A DNA stretch of 64,000 bases from the NCBI RefSeq assembly GCF_009914755.1, contig NC_060926.1; one strand, given 5' to 3'. A program made the translations under genes and the position numbers. Below, piece after piece: positions 12,621 to 26,520 of this stretch (the first letter of the stretch is position 1; every line of letters begins with the position of its first letter). Under the pieces are notes generated by a model. That model searched no databases. It was not told where the DNA came from and worked only from the letters and a program-made list of their open reading frames with translations. The stretch comes from the human T2T-CHM13v2.0 reference genome, Homo sapiens.

Positions 12621-14286
12621 TGCCAGCATCTGGCTCATGTTAATATTTAACACTTATATAAAGCTATTCAACATCAAAATTCCTTGACTTTGCAGCTTTG
12701 CCTACATGGTCTGAGTGATGTATAAAATTGCACTTGGCATTAGCTAGGAAGGTATTTCTGTCGAAGCTGTTTTGTCCCACTGGTTTCAAGGATTCCTGTT
12801 GCACAACTTTCATCTCAGTCAGGGTTCATCTGCATGATCCAGGCAATTCTGGCCAGACCTCCGGAGCCATGAACCAACCAAATGCATTCATCCTCGGTGG
12901 TGACAAGGTCTTTGCCTAATTGTAAGAATTATTAAGACCCTATTGCCAAGAAAATTACAGCATCACCGGGAAGGTAAAATATGAAACACAAAATGATAAT
13001 TCAACACTACTAACGAAGGATTCGATTGTAAATTACCAATTTTAAGATGGAAAATAATCCATGTAAATTAAGGGAAGACTTCTTAACAATAACAACAAAA
13101 AAGGACAAAAAGTGAAATTTAGAATTTAGGTTGCCTTATGGAGAAAAAAGGTAAAGGAAATTGCTTAAATAAAGAAGTTAAGAAGAAAATAAGCACATCA
13201 ATAACCAAGAAAAAGATAGGAGATCAGCTGAGGTAAAACAGGAGATTCATTTTAGAAACAACAGAAAACTAGCTGAAATAATAGAGTAGGATCATTGATA
13301 AGGGGCCTAAATTTGAGCCTGAGATATTTATTCTAATAGGAAATCATCTGGGTGGACTTGCAATGGGGAAAGGAGGACAAGACAGGGGGACCATAGCCTT
13401 GTCCAGTTCTGATGAAGCAAATAGAATTTAAAAGAATCGTTGGTCGTAAATGCAACTAAGGAAAGACTTGGGTTCACTGAGTATATGTAAGAATCAAAGA
13501 TGAGAATGAAGTCCAAGATGACTTTAGGATTGTAGCAGGAGTCAATAACAGGACATACAGAACTTGGCACCTTAGAGTTGGAAGATGATCAACACTCACT
13601 GGTACAGCCTCTAAATTGATAGACAAGGAAGCCAGACATTTTCCCAAGGTAGACCCTCATCGTCACAAACTCATTCCAGAAAACTGTAGTTTACTGTTTA
13701 AATAGAATTAGAAGGTAAAAAAGGAAATGCTCACCCTGCTCCTGTCCCTGCTGGTGTTTTATGGTCAGCTAATTTTTATTTCTACTTCAGCCCCACTGAT
13801 ATAAAAGTGCTCAGTAATCCAGCATATAATATTACAATAGGAAATAAATCAATAAGTGTTTGTTAAATAAGTACCAAATGCACTTTGGTATGTTTCTACT
13901 CAGAACTCTGCTAGGTGTGGAAGCCTAGAAAAGTATAAAAAGGGAAGGGCCTCTGCCTTTCAGAAGCTTACAATCTGGTTGAAGAAAAAAGTTCAAAGCA
14001 CCTGACACAATAGAGAGTAAATTCCATGGACGGTAAGAACAACATATGTGGACTGGAAGGTATGTTTATATAGAAACAGGGAGGAATACTGTTGAATGGA
14101 TTGGAAGTGATATGATCTATAAAGTTCATTATTCAGCACATTTTTGTTAATCTTTAAGCACCATTCTAGGTATTGGAGATAAAGTAGTAAAATAAAAAGC
14201 TCCTATTCCTATTGAGGTTACATTCTGTTCAGGAGGGACAGAGAAGAACAAGTAGATATACAACTATAAGAGTAACAGGTGCTCTG

Positions 14287-14617
<331 letters not shown>

Positions 14618-14725
14618 TCAGAATGCATGTGTAGGGAGTAGGACTGACCTTTCTGAGGAACACTTAAACTATCACTTGAATGAAAGAAACAACCAGTCTT
14701 GGATGATCCAGAGAGGAGTAGTTCA

Positions 14726-15192
<467 letters not shown>

Positions 15193-15639
15193 TTCTATAT
15201 ATCTATATATAGATATATAGATATTTGGAAGATTAGTCACTTTGGCATTCTGGATTCAAGGAAGGAGAAATTAGGACCTGGAAGACCAGATGGAAGCCTG
15301 CATAATAATCCAGGCAGGTGGCGATGTGAGGTAGGCAAGGTTGATGGCAAGGCTAGCAAGGAAGATAAAAATGTCAAAATTGAGTATTGGGTATTTCAGA
15401 GGAGTGGTAGGCAGTATTGGTTGGAAAGAGTCCATAGTGTCAAATGTAGGAGAAAGGTCAAGGAGAATTTGTATCAAAGTTCACATGTGAACTCCAAGAG
15501 AAGAGTTTCCATAGAATGAGGAGGTAAGAAGTGAGGAAAGGGAAGCAGTGAACTTTCTGACTATAAAAACCAGTACAACTCAAAGTGTGCAAAAGGATAT
15601 GCGTATTTTATTTGCCTTTTAAGGCCATTTATATTTTGA

Positions 15640-15950
<311 letters not shown>

Positions 15951-18495
15951 CAAATACTGTTGAATTTCTAAATCCATTTAAATGCTCCCATCAAGTCTAA
16001 CTTTTTGTCTCTATACTGAGGGGAAAACAAATGTGTTACAGATGTATCTGATATGCTTTTCTGGGCCAAAATGCAGTCACATCAATGACTCCTTGCTCTA
16101 AATGTAATTACAGAAAGTTTACTTTTATTCCTGAGATATGGCAAGAAGCTAACCATAGAAACACCGAGGCAAAGGTAGTATCAGCCATATCAGTTATGGC
16201 TCCATTATTGCCATTTGTTAAGTCTAAACCATGTGGGCTGTGGGTTGGACCTTGGACACATCATATATTGTCACTGAATTCCAGGTTTTCATTAATAAAG
16301 AAGGGGAATCACCCAGACATTAGGCTTATAAAGAGAAACTAATACCATTCTGTGAGATGCACATATACAGATACCATGACTCCAAGTGCAACTCTTGCAG
16401 TCTGGAAGAAGACAACTCAGTTGAACTAGATGTTCTTTTGCCCAGCAAACTGCAAGACAATGAGTACTTCTCTTTCCTAGAAACAGACGAAACTAGTTTG
16501 GCAGAGTGAAAGGAGAAACCTAAGGCCCCTCCATTTGTAGCAATGCAATTGAGCACCTCAAGGAAAGCAAGCCTGCCTCTGGCTAAGCTGTGTCCACACA
16601 TGCATGTGCATGCCTTCTCCCGATTGTATGATGTCGGTGGGTAGAGTGTGTTAATTTGTTAGGTGTTATTGAAAAATGAAATGCTATTAGCACTCTTTTT
16701 TATTTGGAATATGCTTCATTTTAAGATCCATTGGGGCCAGTTAATCTCTTGGGATGGTTTGGAAAACTTCATTAAATTCAATGAAGGAAAAATAAGTGTA
16801 AGTGATTCTAAAAATAATCATGAAATTTACTATGTTTAATTTGCCGGCTCAAATGCTTCTCAAGTCATAGTGACCAAGGATCCTTAGCATTAATGAACAA
16901 TTACCATATTGCTGAAATCAACACCATATTTAGCCTTAAAAGCCTTCTTGTTATTGGTGCTGAAAGAGGCCAAAAACATCAGTAGCCCAGGAAGCATAAA
17001 ATGTACTCTCTGTTGATGAAATGATCTCTTTAAATTAGAGTTTAGCTATTCCAACACTATAATGCAAGAGAATTTGCTTTGTCATTGTTACCTTGTGGCC
17101 TAGAGACAGAAGCATTTCATACTGTGGTTCATCCTGTACCTTTTATCAAGGATAAATTCATGTTTTCGTTTAAAACCAGAGAAAGCTTACATAATCTCTC
17201 CTCATGATTAGCCCTTCCAGCAATTATCTGTTGCTTGGAATCAGTGTCAGCCAACCAAGTTCAGATGGCAAAAAAAAAAAAAAAATTGTTTGATCTGCCG
17301 TGATGTGATTTAGAAGACTGTGTGCATGGAAGGTACAGCTATGCACATACAGAGAACATATTTATCTAATTTGACTGCCAGTGATTTAATTAGTGTTTGT
17401 CAAGCACTTTGAACATGAAAAGAACTATCTGAAAGCTGAGAGCTATTACTCATAATCATTTTTCCTATTTGTTGAACTAAAATTAACATACAAATGTGAT
17501 ACTTTTATGGTATCTTTGAGAGAGATGCTCCTATTCTAACAAATTCATTGGACCACACTTTAAAGAAAGTCTCATTAAAACTTCAAGTCTCTGGTTTTTG
17601 AAAGTCAAGCTTCAAGCTGGTTGGGTATCATCCATCAGTAGATTTTGAAGCATACAGGCTAAATAAACACCAGTGACAGCTTGGGGAAGTGTATGCACCT
17701 GTTTATTGAGAAAAAGTTAACAGGGGCACATCTAAAATAAGAACACAGACCGCAACCTGATTTTTAAGAAGTTTTTGTGCATGCCTACACTTAAAATTAC
17801 CCATATTATCATCTAATTTTTTTCTTCTAATTTTCTCTCCAAAGAATAACTACTAATGAGCACGATGCCTTGGTAACAATCTGAGAGGAAAAGAAAAATA
17901 GGGAAAGACCCTATTTTACAGCTTTGAGAAGAAGCAGACATCATGTTTTCCATTATTGCTTTTTCTCCAAGTCAAGTAGAAGAGCAAATGGCAAAAGAAG
18001 AAGACATCTTGATGAGAAAGTAAGAAGCCTGGACAAGGGCCCTGGTCTATCATTATTTTCCACATAGAGATTTTAGCAGTATTGCATTCATACCTGCAAA
18101 GGACTGGTGGGATATTTGTTGAACTTTCCAGGACGATGGGGCAGAATGGACTCCCTGTGGAACAGAAGGTTGACTCTGACTTTCCCAGGAGACTTGTTTT
18201 TGAATTTTAGTTTCATTTTCTTTACATTCTAGTCCCCTAAAGATAATTTTTATGTTGCATCTCAATGTGGTATCTTCTTTCTGTGTGTACCATGCAGCAC
18301 ACACATCTTAATAGGATATGGCTGATTAAAACACTAGTCCCATCTCAACCCTATTAAACTGAACTATACATACGGGCCTGGAAATGTACCCTTTCTACAA
18401 GCTCCTCCATGATTTTATGCTTTCTACAGTTCAAGAAAGAACTCTAGAGGAGGTATTGCTTGCCATGTCTGGCCATTCTCAGCACAGATCTTACT

Positions 18496-19180
18496 TGTAG
18501 TAATCAGATGCCACAGGAACAGTGGTGTCCACCAAATATTATGTGGCTCCCTTACAGTTTCCACCCTCTCATGTCATTAGCTTGGGGCCATGTAACTAGT
18601 AGTAACCAATGGGCTTGTGGAAAAATGAAGAGTGATGCCTCCAGCTCTATGTTCTTTTTTTTTTTTTTTTTGAAACAGAGTCTCCCCCTATCAACCAGAC
18701 AGTCGTGCAGTGGCCCAATCTCAGCTCACTGCAACCTCCTCCTCCTACGTTCAAGTCATTCTCAGTGCCTCCCGAGTACCTGGAACTACAGGAGCACACC
18801 ACATGCCCGGCTAATTTTTGTGTATTTACTAGATACGCAGTTTTGCCATGTTGGCCAGGTTGGTCTTGAACTCCGGACCTCAACAGATCCGCCTGCTCAG
18901 GCCTCACAAAGTGCTGGGATTGCAGGCATGAGCTACAGTGCCCGGCCAGCTGTAGGTTCTTAAGAGCACTCCCCCTTTCCTCACCTCTGTGTTCCTGGAA
19001 GCCCCATTTTCCAGATGGTGTAGCTGTAAGAAAGAAGTGGCCCTGCATCCCTGGGAGTGGGCCTGGAGAGCAACTAGACCCCTCAAGAGACTTCTGATGA
19101 GTGAAAAGTAAACCTTTAACAGTTTAAGAGCTCAGGTGTCATTCGCTACACTAGCATTGTGGAACCTATCCTGGCAAACA
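18496..19180 (+). mobile_element. MLT1J-like MaLR LTR interrupted by an Alu
   Basis: ttggggccatgtaactagt...ccaatgggcttgtgg; gttcctggaagcc...ccagatggtgtagc; 3' end gtgaaaagtaaaccttt...ctatcctggcaaacaca. Confidence 0.65.
18655..18947 (-). mobile_element. AluS (diverged)
   Basis: Reverse dimer; TSD agctctatgttctt / agctgtaggttctt. Confidence 0.9.
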
Positions 19181-20711
19181 CAACCTGATTTAGCTGTTTC
19201 TCTTTCACAACTGCAGAAACATTTTTTAACTTTGCAGTGTAAACAGGTAGCAAAGGATAATAGAAGGAACAATGTAATTTACTAAATAAATCATTTAAGT
19301 ACAAATCGATATACAGAAATCACAAATAGTATATTGTATGATACGAAAAGAAATGCTCTTTATGTAGTTCAGGTCTGCCTTTACTTTCCAAACCTCGCTT
19401 AAAGTAAAGAATTAGTAAAATCTTTAGCCTACTGTATCTAGATAAAATATCTTTGTCCTTGCCATGCCTAAATCCTCTTCTTTTCTCCAACATGGCTGTG
19501 TATCATTAACATTCCATCATCTGGGTTCTCAGATGGATATGGTTCCCATGTCCATTGCCAATCAGAAGTGGATTAATTACTTATTTTTATTTGTTGCTTA
19601 AAATGTACTTCTTAAGTGCATCAACTAAATTTCTGTGACATTATTCACTAATTCTTTCCATTTGTTACTGCACAGATGTGTGCAATGCTGAAACAAAGAG
19701 ATTTCCTCTTCTGTGTGCTTTGGGCTCTGCCCTCACACACCTGAGTCCAGCACCTATGGGAAGGATGAATCACAAAGCTTTGATGGAGGGGATGAGTGAT
19801 GGAAAAACAACTTCTGTAGAGGCCGTACACTTGGCAGAAGTCACTGATCTATACTGTTTGCTGGTCTACCCCTGAAGCATTCTCTCTGACTGCAGAAGGC
19901 CAGTTTTTGCTATTGAACCATTTCAAAATCACTGTTTGAAAGCTACATATGCATGTAAAGAAAGGGCAGGGAACATTTTCTTTTCATGGGTTCTCAGGCA
20001 CTACAGAGACTGTTTTGTCAGTTACTACGTCCATACTAACCAATCTTATAGCGGCCTCAAATCTTTTTTAGAAACAATACATAAGCTAGCTACAGTTTGC
20101 TTCTCCCATGGGTAGAGTATAGTTAATAACATTTCTTATGTTTTAACACATCACCTTTCCCTTAATTCATAGACCAAATAGAAAAAAATAATGTACTGTA
20201 TTCTTTTTCCTGTTGCTTTTTCAATAATTCACTGAACAAATTCACATAACGTTCCTGGAGTCGGGTGGAAGAACCATATGAAATGCACCCATTGAAATCT
20301 TTTTGAGTTCTATTTAGTATTTATTTGTCCCCATTTTGAAATTAGGCCATGCTGCTTTTGTTCCTATAGAAAAGAAGTTATGATTTAAGAAAACTTTACA
20401 AAAGGGAAGCTGATCTTGATGTTATCAAGCTTCCCTCTTTTCTTTTAGTAGAATATTTGAGAAAATGCCAATTGGTGTAGGCTATCATCAGAACTTTTCA
20501 AGATCTGATTGCTTTTGAAAATTAACTTGCATAAAACTATCTGACCCTCTTTAACAGATATTATATTCCCCTCTGAAAGATTTGCACCCACATTTGTCTC
20601 TATGTACTGAAAGAGTAAGACCATATCAAATGTTTTAGATGAAATGATGCCATAACTATCATGTTCTCCCTTTTTGGGGGTGGGCAAGCATTGGTATAAA
20701 CTCAGGCATTC

Positions 20712-21026
<315 letters not shown>

Positions 21027-21281
21027 CTAAACTCAGGCACCCATATTCTTTCATGGTGAATGTTAACCAGAATGCCATTTTTGTTCAGAACGTCACTGGA
21101 TGTTTTTATAATTAGAAGATTCACTTTAAAATGAAAGTCTGAGGTTGATGAGGCAGAACCAGCTATTTTTAAAGGAAAATTCTTATTAGTACAAAATATT
21201 GGAAGACAAACAAAATGAATTTTTACAGGCAGATTAACCAAATTGTTCATTATTATAGTAAACATTGCAAAAATCAAGAGG

Positions 21282-21321
21282 ATGGACTATATTAGCCATA
21301 TTATGGACTATATTAGCCATA
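21282..21321. repeat. 21-bp tandem duplication
   Basis: atggactatattagccatatt followed by atggactatattagccata. Confidence 0.95.
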
Positions 21322-22529
21322 CCCAAGCTAGAGAATGAAACACTATGTACTAATTTATGTACAATAATTGTTCATACTAGCATTTTCATAGTTTGGGCAG
21401 TGACTCATTTCGTTCCATGTGACCTTTGTTCTCCAGGATTGGTTGCTATAGAAAATAGAAGCAATAAAAATAAAATAGGATTTTACTAGGCTAGCTTTGG
21501 GTTTTTAAAAATACTTGAATATCAAGGGTAAAGCAGAAGACTACTTTTAGGGAATCTGGTCCCTTACATCTTTACAGTAATTTGGATATTTGAAAAGTAA
21601 TATTGTTTCTTTTCGTTTTTATAAAGGACATTTAGTAAGGTATATTTCAGTGGCATATCATTTTAGCATTTAAAAAGAATGACCATGAAAATCAAGTTAG
21701 GTAAGCATAGTCTTTTACCTTTTTTTTATTTTGCATTTCTAACATTTGGTTTTCCTTTGAATGTAGATGGGTATGTTAAAGGAGGGGTATATTTCAAAGA
21801 AAGAGCTTAATAAAGTAATTTACGGACAGCAGGTCGCCAATAATAAGCAAATATTTTATAAATCATGAGACTGAGTAGATTATAAAAGAAGGGATGAAAA
21901 CCGCTGCCAAAAGACACAATTTTCAAGGAGTTTTCAAAGCTAATGAAAGGATCTAAATGTCAATGGTACACATACACAGAATAATTCACTTCCTAAAGGT
22001 GCTTCACTAGGTATTTTTAAACTTGTTATTTTGAAAATTCGCAAACATGCACCAAAGTAAGAAGACTGTTATTACTAAAAGGGGTCCCCGTGAAGTTATC
22101 ACCATGTTTGTTACACTTGATTTAGGTCCCATTCCCTTCTTTGACGCTGTTTTTATGACTGGGATATTTTAAAGAAAATCCTTATATCATGTTATTTTAC
22201 ACCTAAATACAATAGTATCTTATGTTAATTGCAATGCAATTATCACACCTATGTGTGTTCAAAATGTCTATTTTCATATCCTTAAGTCATTGCTAGTGAT
22301 TAACATTTTCTTATTTGATTTTTATATTTACTTTATTCCTTCCTCCTTTATAGTCACCTTCTCAATTAGCAAAAGAAATCCTACACCTTGATTAGATTAT
22401 TTTTACCATATTCCTTGGGCCCTTCCCATGCCTTTCTCTGGCGTGATGTGTATTCAGAATCTTAATACCATTTCCAAATTCTGCATTGCAATTGCCATGA
22501 CACAAGAAAATTAAATTTAAATTTTGCTC

Positions 22530-22852
<323 letters not shown>

Positions 22853-23653
22853 TTATGGAGTGTAAAAACACTGTAATTTATTTTTTTAAATGAAACAAAT
22901 CCATAACCTAGCTGTGACTGCATTGAGTAATCTGCTAGGTAATTTCTAGGATGTTTCTCCTGGGATCCTTTGCCAATATAGAAAGACGATTTTGGCTAAA
23001 TGAAGCCAGTAAACAAACACATAAAATTAAAAAGTAAATGACTGGAAGATAAGGTTTAAATCCTAGCCTGAAAGAGGACAGGAATCCAACACACTGGTTG
23101 AAGAGAGTTCTATGGAAAAGAAACTCGTGGGCAGTCTCTTGAGAACACTGCCATCAGGATATACGGGCTCCAAGCATTCTCCAACATTGACTGTATCACC
23201 CTTCTCTGCTCATGGCTAGTCAATGGCATGTGCTACCCTTGAAGGGATAGCAGGACCCCTTCAAACTTGGTGCAGTCTTACCAAGACCACACACAGTGAG
23301 GCAGAGGTGGTTTCCCAAAGGAAGATCAACTGAGGACACCAAAAAAGAGAAAATGAGTGTATGGTAGGCAAATTCCACAGAAGGGCAGAATGAGAATGTA
23401 GAAACTCTTCTTGCTCTCATCCGTGACTCTCTGTTCTTTAGCTCTTACTGATGGGTCACTGAGAAAACCAGTCTTTCTCAACAGCTCTGGCTTTGTTCAT
23501 GTATATATATCTGTATGTATATTAAATACTATTAGAAACTACTAGTTTACTAGAACCCCTTTCTTCATGTCCCCTTTGTTAGAATACCACGATTTTCTAG
23601 TTCTCTAACTTCTTCTCCTTATCCTTTGCAAGCAATTTTTCTTCTACCTGTAT

Positions 23654-24066
23654 ACAGTCATTCCTCCCTCGGTATCCAAGGGTGATTGGTTCCAGGACCC
23701 CCAAGGATACTAAGATTCATGGATGCTCAAGTTTCTGTTATAAAATGGTATAGTATTTGCAATATAACCTACATACACCCTCCTTTATACTTCAAATCAT
23801 CTCTAGATTACTTACAATACAAATACTATATAAGGCCGGGTGCGGTGGCTCATTCCTGTAATCCCAGCACTTTGGGAGGTCGAGAAGGGCAGATCGCTTG
23901 AGCTCAGGAGTTCAAGACCAGCCTGGGCAACAGCATGGTGAACCCTGTCTCTAAAAAAAAAAAAAAAAATGTACTTTTTTGTTTTATTGCTATTTTTGTT
24001 TTCAGAATAATTTTGATCTGGGGTTGGTTGAACCTGTGGCCACAGAACCTACAAAGTGCTAACTGC
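23654..24066 (+). mobile_element. MER2 (Tigger) DNA transposon interrupted by an Alu monomer
   Basis: cagtcattcctccctcggtatcc...gattggttccaggaccccc; tcaaatcatctctagattactta; distal ttttgatctggggttggttgaacctgtgg. Confidence 0.85.
23834..23969 (+). mobile_element. FLAM / Alu left monomer
   Basis: ggccgggtgcggtggctcattcc...ctgtctct followed by an A tail; single monomer. Confidence 0.9.
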
Positions 24067-24078
24067 GTTCTCATATTC

Positions 24079-24910
24079 TGAACCCAGAAGTGCCTGAGAG
24101 AGGCCTCGACCAATTTAGAAAGTTTATTTTGCCAAGGTTAAGCTGTGATACAGCCTCAGGAAGTCCTGATTACACGTGCCCAAGGTGGTGGGGGTACAGC
24201 TTGGTTTTATACATTTTAGGGAGACATGAGACATCAATATACATGAGTAAGATGTACATTGGTTCGGTCTGGAAAGGAAGGACAACTCAAAGGTGGGGTT
24301 GGGAGGCTTCTGGTTCGTAGGTAGAAAGGAGACAAAAGGTTGCGTTGCATTCTTTTAAGTCTTTGATCAGCCTTTCACCGAATACACAATTTACATGTTG
24401 GGGGTGGGTAGAGGAATAGTCACTTTTACCTTAGCCTGGCTCAGTGAATCTGCATTTTTACATAAAACAATAGGACAGAAGAAGCAATCAGATATGCATC
24501 TGTCTCAAGTGAGCAGAGGGATGACTGAGTTCTGTCCTTTCTCCTGCACCAGTGGAGATAAGCTATCAATTTATGTTGCCAAGGTGAAATTCAACAGAAC
24601 TGTTTTTGGATCACCTGAGCTTGGGAAGTCAAGGCTGCAGTGAGCCATAATTGGGCCACTGCACACCAGCATGGGTGACAGAGTAAGACCCTGTCTCCAA
24701 AATAAAAAATAAAAATAAATACAAAATCTTGAGGCCCACAAGGAAATTCCTTGTGGGCAAATCGTGAGGGAGGTATGTAGCATTTTTATTTTTGCAGCTA
24801 TCTTATTCAGGAATAAAATGGGAGACAGGTTTTCCTGACACAGTTCATAGCTTGACTTTTCCTTTTGATTTAGTGATTTTGGAGGTCCTGAGATTTATTT
24901 TCCTTTCACA
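24079..24910 (-). mobile_element. MER4A-family ERV1 solo LTR
   Basis: Reverse strand begins tgtgaaaggaaaataaatctcaggacc; gcccacaaggaaattccttgtgggc; reverse-strand aataaa in aaagtttattttgccaagg. Confidence 0.8.
24608..24726 (+). mobile_element. 5'-truncated Alu (J-like right-monomer 3' part) inside the MER4A LTR
   Basis: ggatcacctgagcttgggaagtcaaggctgcagtgagcc...gaccctgtctc followed by an A-rich tail. Confidence 0.85.
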
Positions 24911-25049
24911 CCTTCTTCAGGGTTTGGTTGTTACCCTCTTTCTTTCACATACACATTCTCTTTAATTGACCTCCACTGGTTATCTTATCCGGGGAAATCT
25001 ACCTTCTTTTTTTTTTCTTACTAGGTTCTTATCATCAGAGTCTTTGTTC

Positions 25050-25715
25050 AGGGTCTCATCATTTCTCTCCTGCACAATTGCAACAGCCTCCTAATGTGTT
25101 TCCTTCCTGAAAATCAGGCCTTTGCCTTATTACTTCTACAGAGAAATCTTTCCAGGATATAAATCTGTTCAGATCACTGCTCTAGCTAAGCCATTCCAAA
25201 GTCTCTGTAGTACCCACAGGACAAAATTTCAAATATTTAACATGGCAAATGCTGGTGTCAATAGCCTATCTGACCTCTGTCTCTATCTCTCTCCCGCAGC
25301 ACATATATACCTTCAGGCCCAGGCGTAACAAAAATACTTAAATGTCCCTAATATGCCTTCCTGTTTTATAATTATGAGCCCTTGGCTATGTAGCTCCACA
25401 TGTTGACCCTCTCTTGTCTACCAGGTGACACTAAGTCACTCCTCCAGCAACACCAGAGCCACCTCCTTTGCAAAGGCTTCCATGATTTCACCTGACCATA
25501 CATTGCCTTGGTGCTCTTGTAGTAACCAGTCAATACATTTATTATAGCACTTCTTATATTGCTATTTCTCTCTGCTGATATGCCCATTTTTCTCACTGGA
25601 GTAGAAGCTGCTCACATAAAAGGACTGTAGTATCTTTGCTTTAGTATTCCTGGCAACTAGTACAGAACTTGGGATATTATGGGCCTTGTTGCTTAAATTA
25701 GTGAGTACATGAATG
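25050..25715 (+). mobile_element. L2 3' region
   Basis: catcatttctctcctgcacaattgcaacagcctcctaa; agtattcctggcaactagtacagaacttgg; ends ...tgagtacatgaatg. Confidence 0.65.
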
Positions 25716-25779
25716 GAGAGAAACTATTCTACAAGTGTAAAAATCTATTAAGCCCGAGAACACAAAAACAGAGAGCTAG

Positions 25780-26520
25780 TAGGGACTTTTCTGTTTGCAA
25801 ATCACATAAATGCAACTTAAATTAGCTTAGGATAAAAGAGGAGGATTTATTGGAAAGACACTGGAATATCTCAGGTAATTGAAAAAAGACTCCGTCAACA
25901 GAACAATGAGAAAAAAGTCTGGAAGCAGTTCGCCCCGTGGAATACCTAAAACAAGGGTTAATTTGCCACCAGTGTGTGTTTCTGTGTGTCTCCTCTGGCC
26001 CTCTCTTCTGCATGACCCTGTTCTTTCTCACTGTAAACTTTTTTCCAGTTCAGTAATTCTCATCACTAGCTGCACATTAGAATCACCTGGGGGAGTTTTA
26101 AAGAAATATTGACACCTGGGTCCCATCCCAGACCAAGCGGATTAGAATTTCTGGGGGTTGGTGCCAAGGCATTTTTTGAAAAGTTCCCAAGGTAATTCTA
26201 CTGTGCAGCTGGGGTAGAGATCTACTGTTCCATGGGGTTGGAAACAAAGTAGCCAGAAGCTCCGGTTTCAGGTCCCACCCTCATAGCTTCCGCCTGAACA
26301 AAAATGGATTCACTGTCAGTTCTCATTCAAAAATTCCCAGGGAAGGAATTTTTTTGGCTTAGGTTGGGTCTGGTGCCTGTCCCTGGATCCACTGATAATG
26401 GTCATGTGTTGGGGGGTCAATTAAATATGGCAGCTCATACTGGCTGGTCAGCTGGATGGTGTACATTTGAAACAGAAATCATTCCAAAGAATGGAGATGA
26501 TGTTTCTAGAAGGAGGGCGC
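25780..26520 (-). mobile_element. Old MaLR (MLT1K/L-like) LTR, interrupted by MER5A
   Basis: gggacttttctgtttgcaaatcacataaatgcaacttaaattagcttagg...ggatttattgg. Confidence 0.5.
26051..26227. mobile_element. MER5A hAT MITE
   Basis: cagtaattctca...gctgcacattagaatcacctgggg...aggtaattcta...gagatctactg. Confidence 0.85.

Noticed and set aside
24734-24758. 12-bp-arm inverted repeat gcccacaaggaa-a-ttccttgtgggc
   Set aside because: As I recall, part of the MER4A consensus, so not locus-specific
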